Shown here in pieces: positions 1-10,892 of a stretch of 30,916 nt of DNA. Origin of the DNA: an uncultured Methyloversatilis sp. (lineage in GTDB: Bacteria; Pseudomonadota; Gammaproteobacteria; Burkholderiales; Rhodocyclaceae); NCBI GenBank assembly GCA_964555165.1, contig CAZKRN010000040.1, forward strand, positions 1 to 30,916, given 5' to 3'. The translations under genes were made by a program, and so were the position numbers. The stretch's first letter is position 1; every line of letters begins with the position of its first letter. The notes beneath the pieces are model-generated. The model saw only the letters and a program-made list of their open reading frames with translations. It did not search any database and had not been told where the DNA came from.

Positions 1-36
1 GCCCTGCCGGCGCATCACCTCGTAGAAGGTTTCCAT
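1..36 (-). CDS. 5' end of a minus-strand CDS running out of the window (N-terminus METFYEVMRRQG...)
   Basis: ATG at 36..34 on the minus strand is preceded by GGAGAGAGA, a strong Shine-Dalgarno at correct spacing (plus-strand 'ggtctctctcc' then 'cat'). The reading frame continues to the window edge. Product unknown. Confidence 0.4.
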   Translation of the reverse strand, partial: METFYEVMRRQG

Positions 37-355
37 CCTGGTCTCTCTCCTGTGCTTCTTGTTGTCTGGGGCCCCTCGCCGGTGCCGCGCGCCATGCTTC
101 CGGCGAGCCGTGGACACTCGGGCCTCGAAACACCACGGACGAACCCTGGATTCGCACGGGTGGTGGTGACTACTAACAATTAGCGGGCCAGTCGGATTTG
201 CCGCACTGCGGCATGAATATTGATTCAGATCAAGGCTTTGATCTGCATTGAAAAATGCTTTGCGGAACGGTGGACGGCGTGCTGCCTGTCGTCAAGGCGC
301 AATGGAAGCGGTGCTTGCGATTTCTGTTTGCAGGTGGAAGCCAGGCTTGCAAAGT

Positions 356-388
356 AAAAAGGCCGCGAGGGGTACTCGCGGCCTTTTT
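356..388. terminator. Rho-independent terminator, bidirectional in form (A5-GGCCGCGAG-gggta-CTCGCGGCC-T5)
   Basis: Perfect 9-bp GC-rich stem with a 5-nt loop, flanked by an A-tract on the left and a T-tract on the right. No convincing CDS ends just upstream on either strand. Confidence 0.6.
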
Positions 389-881
389 CAGATGAGTGTG
401 GCTGCAACTCATGAGGTGTGCGACGCGCCATGACCCGCGCATCGTCCGGCTCAGCTACTCAGGCGGAAGTTTCGGAATGTGTACGCGGGTCGCCTTGTAT
501 TGCGCGGCAATCTCCTGCTTACTCCGCCTCAGCAGTCCGATTTCGGACGGTGTCAGCGTCCGCGGTTTGCTCGAGGTACCGAGATTCTGATTCAGTAAGG
601 CAGTCGAAGTCGTGACCGAATCGCGTCTTCCACCAGACTTCAAGTTCGTTTCCATGCTTTGCTCTTCGAGGCATCGACCTCAAACCCCGTCCTCCCGGAC
701 AATTCGCTCGCGAGCGCCTCGGCAACGGAAACCCGAAATACCGGCAAGCGCCCGCGGTGGATTAGAATCCCGACCCTTCGTGCTGCACAGCGGTACGGAA
801 ACACCCGCAGGTTCTGTCCAGCCGCCGCCACAAGCGGGGGTGCAAATCTGTCGTCTACCCCACTGAAACGGAGAGATCACC

Positions 882-2012
882 GTGCCCGGCCTTCTGCCCA
901 ATGTCGATCCCGAAGGACTGCTCGAATATTCGGTCGTCTATACCGACCGTGCGCTGAACCACATGTCCGCCGCCTTCCAGGGCGTCATGAAGGACATTTC
1001 GCGCGTGCTGAAGCAGGTCTACAACGCCAGGTCGGCCGTCGTCGTGCCCGGCAGCGGCACCTTCGGCATGGAAGCCGTGGCGCGACAGTTCGCCACCGAC
1101 AAGAAGGCGATGGTGATACGCAACGGCTGGTTCAGCTTCCGCTGGACGCAGATTTTCGAGATGGGCCGCATCCCGTCCGAACAGATCGTGCTGAAGGCGC
1201 GCCAGCCGGAGCCGGGTTCGCAGAAGGCGTTCGCGCCGGCGCCGGTCAAGGAAGTCGTCGCCGCCATCCTCGAACAGAAGCCCGCTGTAGTGTTCGCGCC
1301 GCAGGTCGAAACCTCGGCCGGCATGCTCCTGCCGGACGACTACCTGCGCGAGGTCGCCGCCGCCGTGCGCGAGGTCGATGGCCTGTTCGTGGTCGATGCC
1401 ATCGCCGCCGGCACCCTGTGGGTGGACATGGCCGCGCTCGGTATCGACGTGGTGGTGAGCGCGCCGCAGAAAGGCTGGAGCGGTTCGCCCTGCGCCGGTC
1501 TGGTCATGCTGGGCGAACGTGCCCGCGCGCGCATCGACGAAACGACCAGCACCAGCTACGCCTGCGACCTGAAGAAGTGGCTGCAGATCATGGAAGCGTA
1601 CGAGAACGGCGGCCACGCCTATCACGCCACCATGCCGACCGACGGCCTGGTGCAGTTGCGCAAGGTGATGCTGGAAACCGAGCAGTACGGTTTCGACCGG
1701 GTGAAGGCCAACCAGATCGAACTGGGTCGCCAGATACGCGCGCTGCTGGAAGCGAAGGGCTTCGCCAGCGTGGCGGCCGAAGGCTTCCAGGCGCCGTGCG
1801 TCGTGGTGAGTTACACCAGCGACCCGGACATCCAGAACGGCAAGAAGTTTGCCGCCCAGGGCATGCAGATCGCGGCCGGCGTGCCGCTGCAGGTCGACGA
1901 GCCGGCCGATTTCCGTTCCTTCCGCATCGGCCTGTTCGGTCTGGACAAGCTGCAGAACGTCGAACGCTCGGTCGCCAGCTTCAAGGCGACGCTGGACAAG
2001 GTCGCCGGCTGA
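882..2012 (+). CDS. Class-V (AGXT/SGAT-family) PLP aminotransferase; serine-glyoxylate / alanine-glyoxylate aminotransferase-like
   Basis: 376-aa ORF with GTG start at 882 preceded by GGAGAG at a 7-nt spacer. Contains the 'SAPQKGWSGSPCAG' block resembling the PLP-lysine region (S-x-QK) of class-V aminotransferases and an N-terminal 'GSGTFGMEA' motif. Codon usage matches the cbb genes. Confidence 0.75.
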   Translation: MPGLLPNVDPEGLLEYSVVYTDRALNHMSAAFQGVMKDISRVLKQVYNARSAVVVPGSGTFGMEAVARQFATDKKAMVIRNGWFSFRWTQIFEMGRIPSEQIVLKARQPEPGSQKAFAPAPVKEVVAAILEQKPAVVFAPQVETSAGMLLPDDYLREVAAAVREVDGLFVVDAIAAGTLWVDMAALGIDVVVSAPQKGWSGSPCAGLVMLGERARARIDETTSTSYACDLKKWLQIMEAYENGGHAYHATMPTDGLVQLRKVMLETEQYGFDRVKANQIELGRQIRALLEAKGFASVAAEGFQAPCVVVSYTSDPDIQNGKKFAAQGMQIAAGVPLQVDEPADFRSFRIGLFGLDKLQNVERSVASFKATLDKVAG

Positions 2013-2019
2013 CGCGGCA

Positions 2020-2065
2020 GGCGGCGGTCGCGCCGCCCGTTCCCGCCCGCGTCGTCGCGGGCGGG
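2020..2065. terminator. Two GC-rich hairpins between convergent genes (GGCGGCG-gtcg-CGCCGCC and CCCGCCCGCG-tcgt-CGCGGGCGGG)
   Basis: Perfect 10-bp stem and 7-bp stem seen in sequence between the aminotransferase stop (2012) and the cbbR stop (2101). No clear U-tract, so the terminator function is only inferred. Confidence 0.35.
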
Positions 2066-2100
2066 CTCCTTGCCCGGGAGGCCGCGGTGGAACGCCGCCG

Positions 2101-3096
2101 TCACGCGGCGCTCTGGCGCCGGCCGGGTGCCGCCTCCTCCTGCCCGGCGCCGCACACCTGCATGCTCAAGCCGGTCGCCCGGCTGAGTTGATCCTGCACA
2201 TGCTTCTGGCCGTGCTCGATCAGGAAGCCCTGGAAGTCGGCCGCTACGCGGGTGAGCTGGCGCGATGCGAGCCGGATCACATACCACTCCCGTTCTATCG
2301 GATTGCCGGCTACCGGCAACAGGGTCAGTTCGCCGGATTCGATCTCGTGCCGGCAGATGTGCTGCGACATGAACGCAAGGCCGAAGCCGGCAGCGCACAT
2401 CTGCTTGATCGCCTCATTGCTGGACAGTTCGGAGCCGATGCGCAGATTCAGCCCGGCTTCGCGGAAAAGCTGTTCCAGCGTGGTGCGCGTGCCCGAACCG
2501 CGTTCGCGCACCAGCAGGTCTTCGCGCGCGATATCGCCCAGCGTCAGGCGCTTGCGCGCCATCAGCGGATGCGACGGTGCGGCGACGAAAGCCATGGTGT
2601 GGCGCGCAAACGGCGTGGCCACGGTTTTCAGGTCCTTGGGCGGGCGTCCCATGATGACCAGATCGACTTCCTGCGTGGTGAGCAGGCGCACGATTTCATC
2701 GCGGTTGCCGACCTTGAGTTTCACCTCGACGTTCGGCTGTTCGCGCGCAAACACCACGAGCATGCGCGGCACCAGGTACTCGGCGGTGGTCACCACACCG
2801 ATGCGCAGCCGGCGCGAGACGACGCCGCGATAGGCCGCCATTTCGTCCCCCGCCTCGCGCCACAGGTCGAGAATGCGCGCCGCGTAGTCGGCCATCAGCT
2901 GGCCGGCACCGGTCAGCCGTATGCCCCGCCCCTCGCGCTCGATCAGCGGCGTGCCGGCGGATTCCTCCAGCAGCTTGAGCTGTATCGACACCGCCGGCTG
3001 GGTCAGGTGGATTTCCTGCGCCGCACGCGAAACACTGCCCAGGCGGGCGACGGCGTGCAGTGCGGACAACTGGCGCAAGGTGGCGTTCTTCAGCAT
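2101..3096 (-). CDS. cbbR: LysR-type transcriptional regulator CbbR (RuBisCO operon activator)
   Basis: N-terminal 'MLKNATLRQLSALHAVARLGSVSRAAQEIHLTQPAVSIQLKLLEE' is a canonical LysR wHTH. The gene is divergent from cbbL with about 370 bp between them. Start chosen at ATG 3096 (the ORF track extends to 3159). C-terminal LysR substrate-binding domain of expected length (331 aa). Confidence 0.85.
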   Translation of the reverse strand: MLKNATLRQLSALHAVARLGSVSRAAQEIHLTQPAVSIQLKLLEESAGTPLIEREGRGIRLTGAGQLMADYAARILDLWREAGDEMAAYRGVVSRRLRIGVVTTAEYLVPRMLVVFAREQPNVEVKLKVGNRDEIVRLLTTQEVDLVIMGRPPKDLKTVATPFARHTMAFVAAPSHPLMARKRLTLGDIAREDLLVRERGSGTRTTLEQLFREAGLNLRIGSELSSNEAIKQMCAAGFGLAFMSQHICRHEIESGELTLLPVAGNPIEREWYVIRLASRQLTRVAADFQGFLIEHGQKHVQDQLSRATGLSMQVCGAGQEEAAPGRRQSAA

Positions 3097-4933
<1,837 letters not shown>

Positions 4934-4958
4934 CCCGACCTGCGAAGACGTTGCGCTC

Positions 4959-5084
4959 GACGCCCTTCTCCCCTCGCCCGCATCGGCGGGAGAGGGGCCG
5001 GAGGTAAGGGAACGCGGCCGCGGCCCTCACCCGGCGCTGCGCGCCACCCTCTCCCGCCGATGCGGGCGAGGGATTGAAGAAACC
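4959..5084. repeat. GC-rich composite palindromic intergenic element (REP-like), copy A, between cbbL and cbbS
   Basis: The two arms are reverse complements of each other (CCCCTCGCCCGCATCGGCGGGAGAGGGG ... CCCTCTCCCGCCGATGCGGGCGAGGG). Each arm is itself a 12-bp hairpin. The element shares about 85% identity over about 70 nt, including the flanking 'GACGCCCTTCTCCCCTC' and 'TTGAAGAA', with a second copy at 9873-9978. Confidence 0.7.
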
Positions 5085-5102
5085 CGATTCAGGAGAACCA
5101 CC

Positions 5103-5522
5103 ATGCGCATCACCCAAGGCACCTTCTCTTTCCTGCCCGAACTGAGCGACACACAGATCCGCGCCCAGATCGAATACTGTCTGGCCAGGGGCTGGGCGGT
5201 CGGCATCGAGTACACGGACGACCCTCACCCGCGCAACACCTTCTGGGACATGTACGGCAACCCCATGTTCGACCTGCGCGACCCGGCGGCCATCATGCTG
5301 GAGGTGCAGGCCTGCCGCGACACTTTCCCGCAGCACTACATCCGCGTCACCGCTTTCGACTCGACGCACGGCACCGAATCGGTGGTGCTGTCCTTCATCG
5401 TGAACCGGCCCGATGCCGAGCCGGGATTCCGCCTCGTCCGCACCGAAGAGCCGGGCCGCACGGTGCGCTACGCGATCGAGAGCTACGCGGTGCAGTCGCG
5501 CCCCGAGGGCGCGCGCTACTGA
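5103..5522 (+). CDS. cbbS: RuBisCO small subunit (red-type)
   Basis: 139 aa starting '[57 protein letters not shown]', typical form IC/ID small subunit. RBS AGGAGAA 7 nt upstream of ATG 5103. Confidence 0.95.
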   Translation: MRITQGTFSFLPELSDTQIRAQIEYCLARGWAVGIEYTDDPHPRNTFWDMYGNPMFDLRDPAAIMLEVQACRDTFPQHYIRVTAFDSTHGTESVVLSFIVNRPDAEPGFRLVRTEEPGRTVRYAIESYAVQSRPEGARY

Positions 5523-5532
5523 GCCGGCCGGA

Positions 5533-6465
5533 ATGAACGCCGCCACCCTGATCCCGACCGCGCCGGCAGCCGCCGACGAGGCGATGTCGCCGCGCGCGAT
5601 GGCTGCCGCATCCGGCGTGCAGGCGCTGCTCGATCGGCTCGACGCCGAACTGGTCGGGCTGGCGCCGGTCAAGGGCCGCATCCGCGACATCGCGGCGCTG
5701 CTGCTGATCGACCGGCTGCGCGCGCAGCAGGGCCTGCAGTCGCAGCCGCCCTCGCTGCACATGTGCTTCACCGGCAACCCCGGCACCGGCAAGACCACGG
5801 TGGCGCTGCGCATGGCCGAGGTGCTGCGCCAGCTCGGCTATGTGCGCAAGGGGCATCTGGTGGCGGTCACCCGCGACGACCTGGTGGGGCAGTTCATCGG
5901 CCACACCGCGCCCAAGACCAAGGAAGTGATCAAGAAGGCCATGGGCGGCGTGCTGTTCATCGACGAGGCCTACTACCTGTACCGGCCGGAAAACGAGCGC
6001 GACTACGGCCAGGAAGCCATCGAAATCCTGCTGCAGGTGATGGAGAACCACCGCGACGATCTGGTGGTGATCCTCGCCGGCTACGGGGACCGCATGGATA
6101 CCTTTTTCTCCAGCAACCCCGGCATGGCCTCGCGCATCGCGCACCACATCGACTTCCCGGACTACGGCGAGGACGAACTGATGCGCATTGCCGAGCTGAT
6201 GCTGGCCGGCCTGAACTACCACTTCGACCGTGCCGCGCACGAGGCCTTCGCGCGCTACATCGCGCTGCGCCGCCGGCTGCCGCATTTCGCCAACGCGCGT
6301 TCGGTGCGCAATGCGCTGGACCGCATCCGGCTGCGCCACGCCACCCGGCTGTTCGCGGCGGACAGCGCGCCCAGCCGCGACGCGCTGTGCGAACTCCGGG
6401 CGCCGGACGTGCTGGCCAGCCGTGTGTTCGACGCCGCCGGGATCGAGGACGGACATGCGCACTGA
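5533..6465 (+). CDS. cbbX: CbbX AAA+ RuBisCO activase (red-type)
   Basis: Walker A '[11 protein letters not shown]', Walker B '[11 protein letters not shown]', sensor 'ILAGY'. Sits in the expected position after cbbS. Start at ATG 5533 ('MNAATLIP...') rather than ORF-track 5413. Confidence 0.9.
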   Translation: MNAATLIPTAPAAADEAMSPRAMAAASGVQALLDRLDAELVGLAPVKGRIRDIAALLLIDRLRAQQGLQSQPPSLHMCFTGNPGTGKTTVALRMAEVLRQLGYVRKGHLVAVTRDDLVGQFIGHTAPKTKEVIKKAMGGVLFIDEAYYLYRPENERDYGQEAIEILLQVMENHRDDLVVILAGYGDRMDTFFSSNPGMASRIAHHIDFPDYGEDELMRIAELMLAGLNYHFDRAAHEAFARYIALRRRLPHFANARSVRNALDRIRLRHATRLFAADSAPSRDALCELRAPDVLASRVFDAAGIEDGHAH

Positions 6466-7222
6466 TGCCCTGGTTTTCGACGTCGACGGCACGCTGGCCG
6501 ACACCGAAGAGGCGCACCGCGTCGCCTTCAACCTGGCGTTCGAACAGGCCGGCCTGGGCTGGAAGTGGACCCGAGCCGACTACCGCCGGCTGCTCGCCAC
6601 CACAGGCGGCAAGGAGCGCATCGCGCGTCACATCGCGGCACTCGACCTGAGCGAGGCCGAGCGTGCCGAGCTGGTCGCGCGCATCCCGCATATCCACGCA
6701 AGCAAGACCCGTCTTTACAGTGCCGTGGTGCGCGACGGCGCGGTGCCGCTGCGCACCGGCATCGCCCGCCTGCTGGACGAAGCGGCTGCCGCCGGCTGCC
6801 GCCTGGCCATCGCCAGCACCACCACCGCAGCGAATATCGACGCACTGCTGCACGCCACGCTGGGCGCGCGCGCGCTCGACCTGTTCGGCGTCATCGCCTG
6901 CGGCGACCAGGTCGCGGCGAAGAAACCGGCGCCCGACATCTATCGCCTCGCGCTGCGCCACCTCGGTGTGCGCCCCGAACGCGCGATCGCCTTCGAGGAT
7001 TCCGCCAACGGCCTGCGCGCCGCCCGTGCCGCCGGACTGTGGACCGTGGTCACGCCCACCTACTGGAGCGAGGACCATGACTTCCCGGACGCCAGCCTGC
7101 GTCTTCCGCATCTGGGCGACCCGGCCACGCCGCTGACCGGCGAACCGGGCAACCGGCTGCGCGAACAGGCTTGGCTCACCTTCGCCGAACTGAACAGCCT
7201 GCGCGAGGCGGCGCTGTCATGA
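6455..7222 (+). CDS. cbbY: HAD-family phosphatase CbbY (xylulose-1,5-bisphosphate phosphatase-like)
   Basis: '[26 protein letters not shown]' HAD motif I (DxDGT). Motif III 'K' and motif IV 'FEDSANG' present. Overlaps cbbX by 11 nt and cbbE by 4 nt (ATGA). Position matches cbbY of characterised cbb operons. Confidence 0.8.
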   Translation: MRTDALVFDVDGTLADTEEAHRVAFNLAFEQAGLGWKWTRADYRRLLATTGGKERIARHIAALDLSEAERAELVARIPHIHASKTRLYSAVVRDGAVPLRTGIARLLDEAAAAGCRLAIASTTTAANIDALLHATLGARALDLFGVIACGDQVAAKKPAPDIYRLALRHLGVRPERAIAFEDSANGLRAARAAGLWTVVTPTYWSEDHDFPDASLRLPHLGDPATPLTGEPGNRLREQAWLTFAELNSLREAALS

Positions 7223-8004
7223 GCGTGCGCATCGCCCCCAGCCTGCTGTCGGCCGACTTCGCTCGCCTCGGCGCGGAAGTGAGCGCGGTGATCGAGGCCG
7301 GCGCCGACCTCATCCACTTCGATGTCATGGACAACCACTACGTGCCCAATCTGACCGTGGGGCCACAGGTATGTCAGGCGATCAGGCCCTACGCGGTGCG
7401 GACCCCCGGCAGCGGCGGGCCGCTGCCGCCCCCCGAGGGGGCCGCCGACGGTCTCCGGAACGGCCGGGCGCCCGCCCGCACAGCGGTGCCGATCGACGTG
7501 CATCTGATGGTGAAGCCGGTCGATGCGCTGATCCCGATGTTCGCGAACGCCGGTGCCGACATCGTGTCCTTCCATCCGGAAGCGAGCGAGCACATCGACC
7601 GCACGCTCCAGCTCATCCACTCGCACGGCCTGAAAGCCGGGCTGGTGCTGAACCCGGCCACACCGCTCAATGTGCTGGACCACGTGCTGGACCGGCTCGA
7701 CCTTGTACTGCTCATGTCGGTGAACCCGGGCTTCGGCGGTCAGCGCTTCATCGAATCGGTACTGCCCAAGATCGAGGCGGTACGCCGTCGCATAACCGCC
7801 AGCGGCCGCGACATCTGGCTGGAAGTCGATGGCGGCGTGAATGCCGACAACGCCGGTCGCGTCGCCGCCGCCGGCGCCGACACCCTGGTCGCCGGGTCGG
7901 CCGTATTCACCGGCGGCCGTTATGCCGAATCCATCCGCACCCTGCGCGAACGCGCACTGGCCGGCCGAGCGCCGAGCCCCGAACCCGAGGCCCACCATGT
8001 CTGA
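7219..8004 (+). CDS. cbbE: Ribulose-phosphate 3-epimerase carrying an in-frame insertion of about 28 aa
   Basis: '[18 protein letters not shown]...[17 protein letters not shown]...[11 protein letters not shown]...[13 protein letters not shown]...VDGGV' are canonical Rpe motifs. Between 'CQAIR' and 'IDVHLMV' there are 35 residues where E. coli and Cupriavidus Rpe have about 7. Confidence 0.9.
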   Translation: MSVRIAPSLLSADFARLGAEVSAVIEAGADLIHFDVMDNHYVPNLTVGPQVCQAIRPYAVRTPGSGGPLPPPEGAADGLRNGRAPARTAVPIDVHLMVKPVDALIPMFANAGADIVSFHPEASEHIDRTLQLIHSHGLKAGLVLNPATPLNVLDHVLDRLDLVLLMSVNPGFGGQRFIESVLPKIEAVRRRITASGRDIWLEVDGGVNADNAGRVAAAGADTLVAGSAVFTGGRYAESIRTLRERALAGRAPSPEPEAHHV

Positions 8005-8710
8005 GCTGCAGCGCGCACTGAGCCGCATCCACGCCATCGCCTTCGACCTCGACGGCACCCTGGTCGACAGTGCCGCCGACATCTGGCACGCGCTGAACGC
8101 GGGCCTGAGCGAAGCCCGTCTGCCCGCCATCGATCTGCCCACGGTGCGCGGCTGGATAGGCGGCGGGCCGGACAAGCTCATCGCGCGCGCGCTCGACCAC
8201 CTGGGCAGACCGGGCGACGGCCCGCTGGCCGCGCGCCTGCGCGCCGACTTCGACCGCGCCACGCTGGCCGCGCCGCTCGATCGCGGCATGGTCTATGACG
8301 GCATCGACGAAATGGTCGAAGGGCTTTACGCACTGTGCCCGCTGGTGGTGGTGACCAACAAGCCGACTCTGCTGGCCCGCGCAGTGCTGGGCGCAGCCGG
8401 CCTGCTGCCCTTCATGTCGGCCGTGCATGGCGGCGACCGGAGCGAACTGCTCAAGCCCTCGCCGACCCTGCTCATCGAGGCCGCCGGTCGCCTGGCTGTC
8501 CAGGCGCGACAGATGCTGATGGTGGGCGACAGCGAGGCCGATCTGCAGGCGGCCCGGGCCGCCGGCTGCCCGGTCGCGCTGGTCGGCTGGGGATACGGGA
8601 CGGCCGGTGGCGCGCACGCCTCTGCCGCCGGCATCGCACCCTGCTTGCTGACGCGCCCGGGCGAGCTGCTGGCCGCGATGAGCGCGCGTTTCGAGGAAGA
8701 GACCGGGTAG
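7997..8710 (+). CDS. cbbZ: Phosphoglycolate phosphatase (HAD superfamily)
   Basis: '[29 protein letters not shown]' (DxDGT motif I), 'VVVTNKP' (motif II-like), '[14 protein letters not shown]' (motif IV). Start overlaps the cbbE stop by 8 nt. Confidence 0.8.
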   Translation: MSELQRALSRIHAIAFDLDGTLVDSAADIWHALNAGLSEARLPAIDLPTVRGWIGGGPDKLIARALDHLGRPGDGPLAARLRADFDRATLAAPLDRGMVYDGIDEMVEGLYALCPLVVVTNKPTLLARAVLGAAGLLPFMSAVHGGDRSELLKPSPTLLIEAAGRLAVQARQMLMVGDSEADLQAARAAGCPVALVGWGYGTAGGAHASAAGIAPCLLTRPGELLAAMSARFEEETG

Positions 8711-8788
8711 CGCCCGAGACCCCAAACGGCGCAGCGCCACACAGAGGGCACGCGCATCAGGACATTCACATCGACGGAGGAGAGAATC

Positions 8789-9874
8789 ATGCCCACAGGC
8801 GGACGCACCACGCTGGTCCAGTACCTGATCGAAGAACGCCGTCGCCACCCGGAGGCGACCGGTGACCTCAACGCGCTGATCACCGACGTCGCACTCGCCT
8901 GCAAGGCGATCGCGCGCAAGGTGGCGTTCGGCGCCCTGGCCGGCGTCCTCGGCGTGAACGCTGTCGAGGCAGGCCGCATCAATGTGCAGGGCGAAGAACA
9001 GAAGACGCTGGACGTGCTCAGCAACGGCATCTTCCTGCGCGCCAACGAATGGGGCGGCCACCTCGCGGCGATGGCCTCGGAAGAGCTGGACGACATATCG
9101 CTGCCGCCGGCGCAGTACCCGCGCGGCAAATACCTGCTGGCTTTCGATCCACTGGACGGCTCGTCCAACATCGACGTTAACGTGTCGGTCGGCAGCATTT
9201 TCTCGATCACCCGCGCGCCCGATCCGGCACGCGACGCCACCGCGACCGACTTCCTGCAGCCGGGCCGCGAACAGGTGTGCGCCGGCTACGCGATCTACGG
9301 CCCCTCCACCATGCTGGTGATCACGCTGGGTCGCGGCACGCACGGCTTCACGCTGGACCCGGTGCTGGGCGAATGGGTGCTCAGCCACCCGGCGCTCAAG
9401 GTGCCAGCGGCCACCCGCGAGTTCGCGATCAACGCGTCGAACAGCCGTTTCTGGGAGCCGGCGGTGCGCCGCTACGTCGACGAATGCCTGGCCGGACGTA
9501 CCGGCCCCCGCTGCGCCGATTTCAATATGCGCTGGATCGCCTCGCTGGTCGCCGAAACCCACCGCATCCTGATGCGCGGCGGCGTCTTCCTCTACCCGAA
9601 AGACAACAAGGATCCGGCAAAGCCCGGCCGCCTGCGCCTGCTGTACGAAGCCAGCCCGATTTCCTTCCTGATCGAACAGGCGGGCGGCCGCGCCAGCACC
9701 GGTCGCAAGCGGCTCATGGACGTGCAGCCGGAAGCGCTGCACCAGCGCATCGGCTTCGTGTTCGGCTCGGCCGATGAGGTCGAGCGCATCGAGGCCTACC
9801 ACCGCGAGCCGCCCGCCGACACCTTCCAGTCGCCGCTGTTCGGCAAGCGCGGCCTGTTCGCCGATGCGCTCTGA
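8789..9874 (+). CDS. cbbF: Fructose-1,6-bisphosphatase class 1 (also likely sedoheptulose bisphosphatase)
   Basis: 'LVQYLIEE...[18 protein letters not shown]', '[11 protein letters not shown]', '[26 protein letters not shown]', '[10 protein letters not shown]' are FBPase-I signatures. RBS GGAGGAGAG. Confidence 0.9.
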   Translation: MPTGGRTTLVQYLIEERRRHPEATGDLNALITDVALACKAIARKVAFGALAGVLGVNAVEAGRINVQGEEQKTLDVLSNGIFLRANEWGGHLAAMASEELDDISLPPAQYPRGKYLLAFDPLDGSSNIDVNVSVGSIFSITRAPDPARDATATDFLQPGREQVCAGYAIYGPSTMLVITLGRGTHGFTLDPVLGEWVLSHPALKVPAATREFAINASNSRFWEPAVRRYVDECLAGRTGPRCADFNMRWIASLVAETHRILMRGGVFLYPKDNKDPAKPGRLRLLYEASPISFLIEQAGGRASTGRKRLMDVQPEALHQRIGFVFGSADEVERIEAYHREPPADTFQSPLFGKRGLFADAL

Positions 9875-9978
9875 CGCCCTTCTCCCCTCTCCCGCATCGG
9901 CGGGAGAGGGGCCGGGGGTGAGGGCACGGCGCTGCGCGCCACGCTCCCGCGCTGACGCAGGCGAGGGTTTGAAGAATC
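9873..9978. repeat. GC-rich composite palindromic intergenic element (REP-like), copy B, between cbbF and cbbP
   Basis: Starts at the cbbF stop codon (cTGAcgccc). Left arm 'CCCCTCTCCCGCATCGGCGGGAGAGGGG' is a perfect 12-bp hairpin. Right arm is degenerate relative to copy A. Same flanks (GACGCCCTTCTCCCCTC ... GGCGCTGCGCGCCAC ... GGCGAGGG(T/A)TTGAAGAA). Confidence 0.65.
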
Positions 9979-10003
9979 GCATCAAGATCGAAAGGATTGT
10001 TCC

Positions 10004-10882
10004 ATGTCCGTGAAACACCCCATCGTCGCCATCACCGGTTCGTCCGGTGCCGGCACCTCATCGGTCACACGCACCTTCGAGAACATCTTCCGCCGGGAAG
10101 GCGTGTCCGCCGCCGTCATCGAGGGCGACAGCTACCACCGCTACGACCGCACCGAAATGAAGAAGGCGATGGCGGACGCCGAGGCCGGCGGACGCCCGCA
10201 CTTCAGCCACTTCGGCGAAGACGCCAACCTGTTCGCGGAGCTGGAACAGCTCTTTCGCGACTACTCGGAAAGCGGCACCGGGCGCAGCCGCAAATACCTG
10301 CACAACGACGAGGAAGCCGCGCCCTTCCAGCAGCCGGCCGGCACCTTCACGCCCTGGGCGCAGCTGCCGGAAAGCGAACTGCTGTTCTACGAGGGACTGC
10401 ACGGCGGCGTGAAGACCGAACATGTTGATGTATCCCGGTACGCCGATCTGCTGATCGGCGTGGTGCCTGTCATCAACCTCGAGTGGATCCAGAAGATCCA
10501 CCGGGACCGCAGCACCCGCGGCTATTCCACCGAAGCCGTGACCGACGTCATCCTGCGCCGCATGCACGACTACGTGCACTACATCTGCCCGCAATTCACG
10601 CGCACTCACATCAACTTCCAGCGCGTGCCGGTGGTCGACACCAGCGACCCCTTCATCGCGCGCACGATTCCGACCGCCGACGAAAGTCTGGTGGTGATCC
10701 GCTTCGCCAATCCGCGCGGCTTCGACTTCCCCTATCTGCTCAGCATGCTGCACGACTCCTGGATGTCGCGCGCCAACACGCTGGTGGTGCCCGGCGGAAA
10801 GATGGAACTGGCGATGCAGCTCATCTTCACGCCGATGATCCTGCGTCTGGTCGAACGCCGCCGCCAGCAGCGGGCCGCCTGA
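10004..10882 (+). CDS. cbbP: Phosphoribulokinase
   Basis: 'MSVKHPIVAITGSSGAGTSSV' P-loop and overall PRK/URK family layout (292 aa). RBS AAAGGA. Confidence 0.95.
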   Translation: MSVKHPIVAITGSSGAGTSSVTRTFENIFRREGVSAAVIEGDSYHRYDRTEMKKAMADAEAGGRPHFSHFGEDANLFAELEQLFRDYSESGTGRSRKYLHNDEEAAPFQQPAGTFTPWAQLPESELLFYEGLHGGVKTEHVDVSRYADLLIGVVPVINLEWIQKIHRDRSTRGYSTEAVTDVILRRMHDYVHYICPQFTRTHINFQRVPVVDTSDPFIARTIPTADESLVVIRFANPRGFDFPYLLSMLHDSWMSRANTLVVPGGKMELAMQLIFTPMILRLVERRRQQRAA

Positions 10883-10892
10883 GGAGAGCGCG

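Noticed and set aside
659-2191. 510-aa ORF overlapping the aminotransferase in another frame (and similar: 3217-4182 +, 3392-4705 -, 5395-6531 -, 5957-7111 -, 17329-18780 +, 19288-20856 +, 20717-22606 +, 22051-23550 +, 24505-26085 -, 7060-8289 -)
   Set aside because: Each overlaps, out of frame or antisense, a gene with clear family motifs. Translations are Arg/Gly/Ala/Pro-rich without motifs. This is expected in roughly 70% GC DNA where stop codons are rare.
7907-10018. 703-aa minus-strand ORF antisense to cbbZ/cbbF/cbbP
   Set aside because: It lies entirely antisense to well-supported, motif-rich Calvin-cycle genes. It has no recognisable motifs and its start is inside the REP-like repeat. 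It is a typical long open frame created by high GC content.
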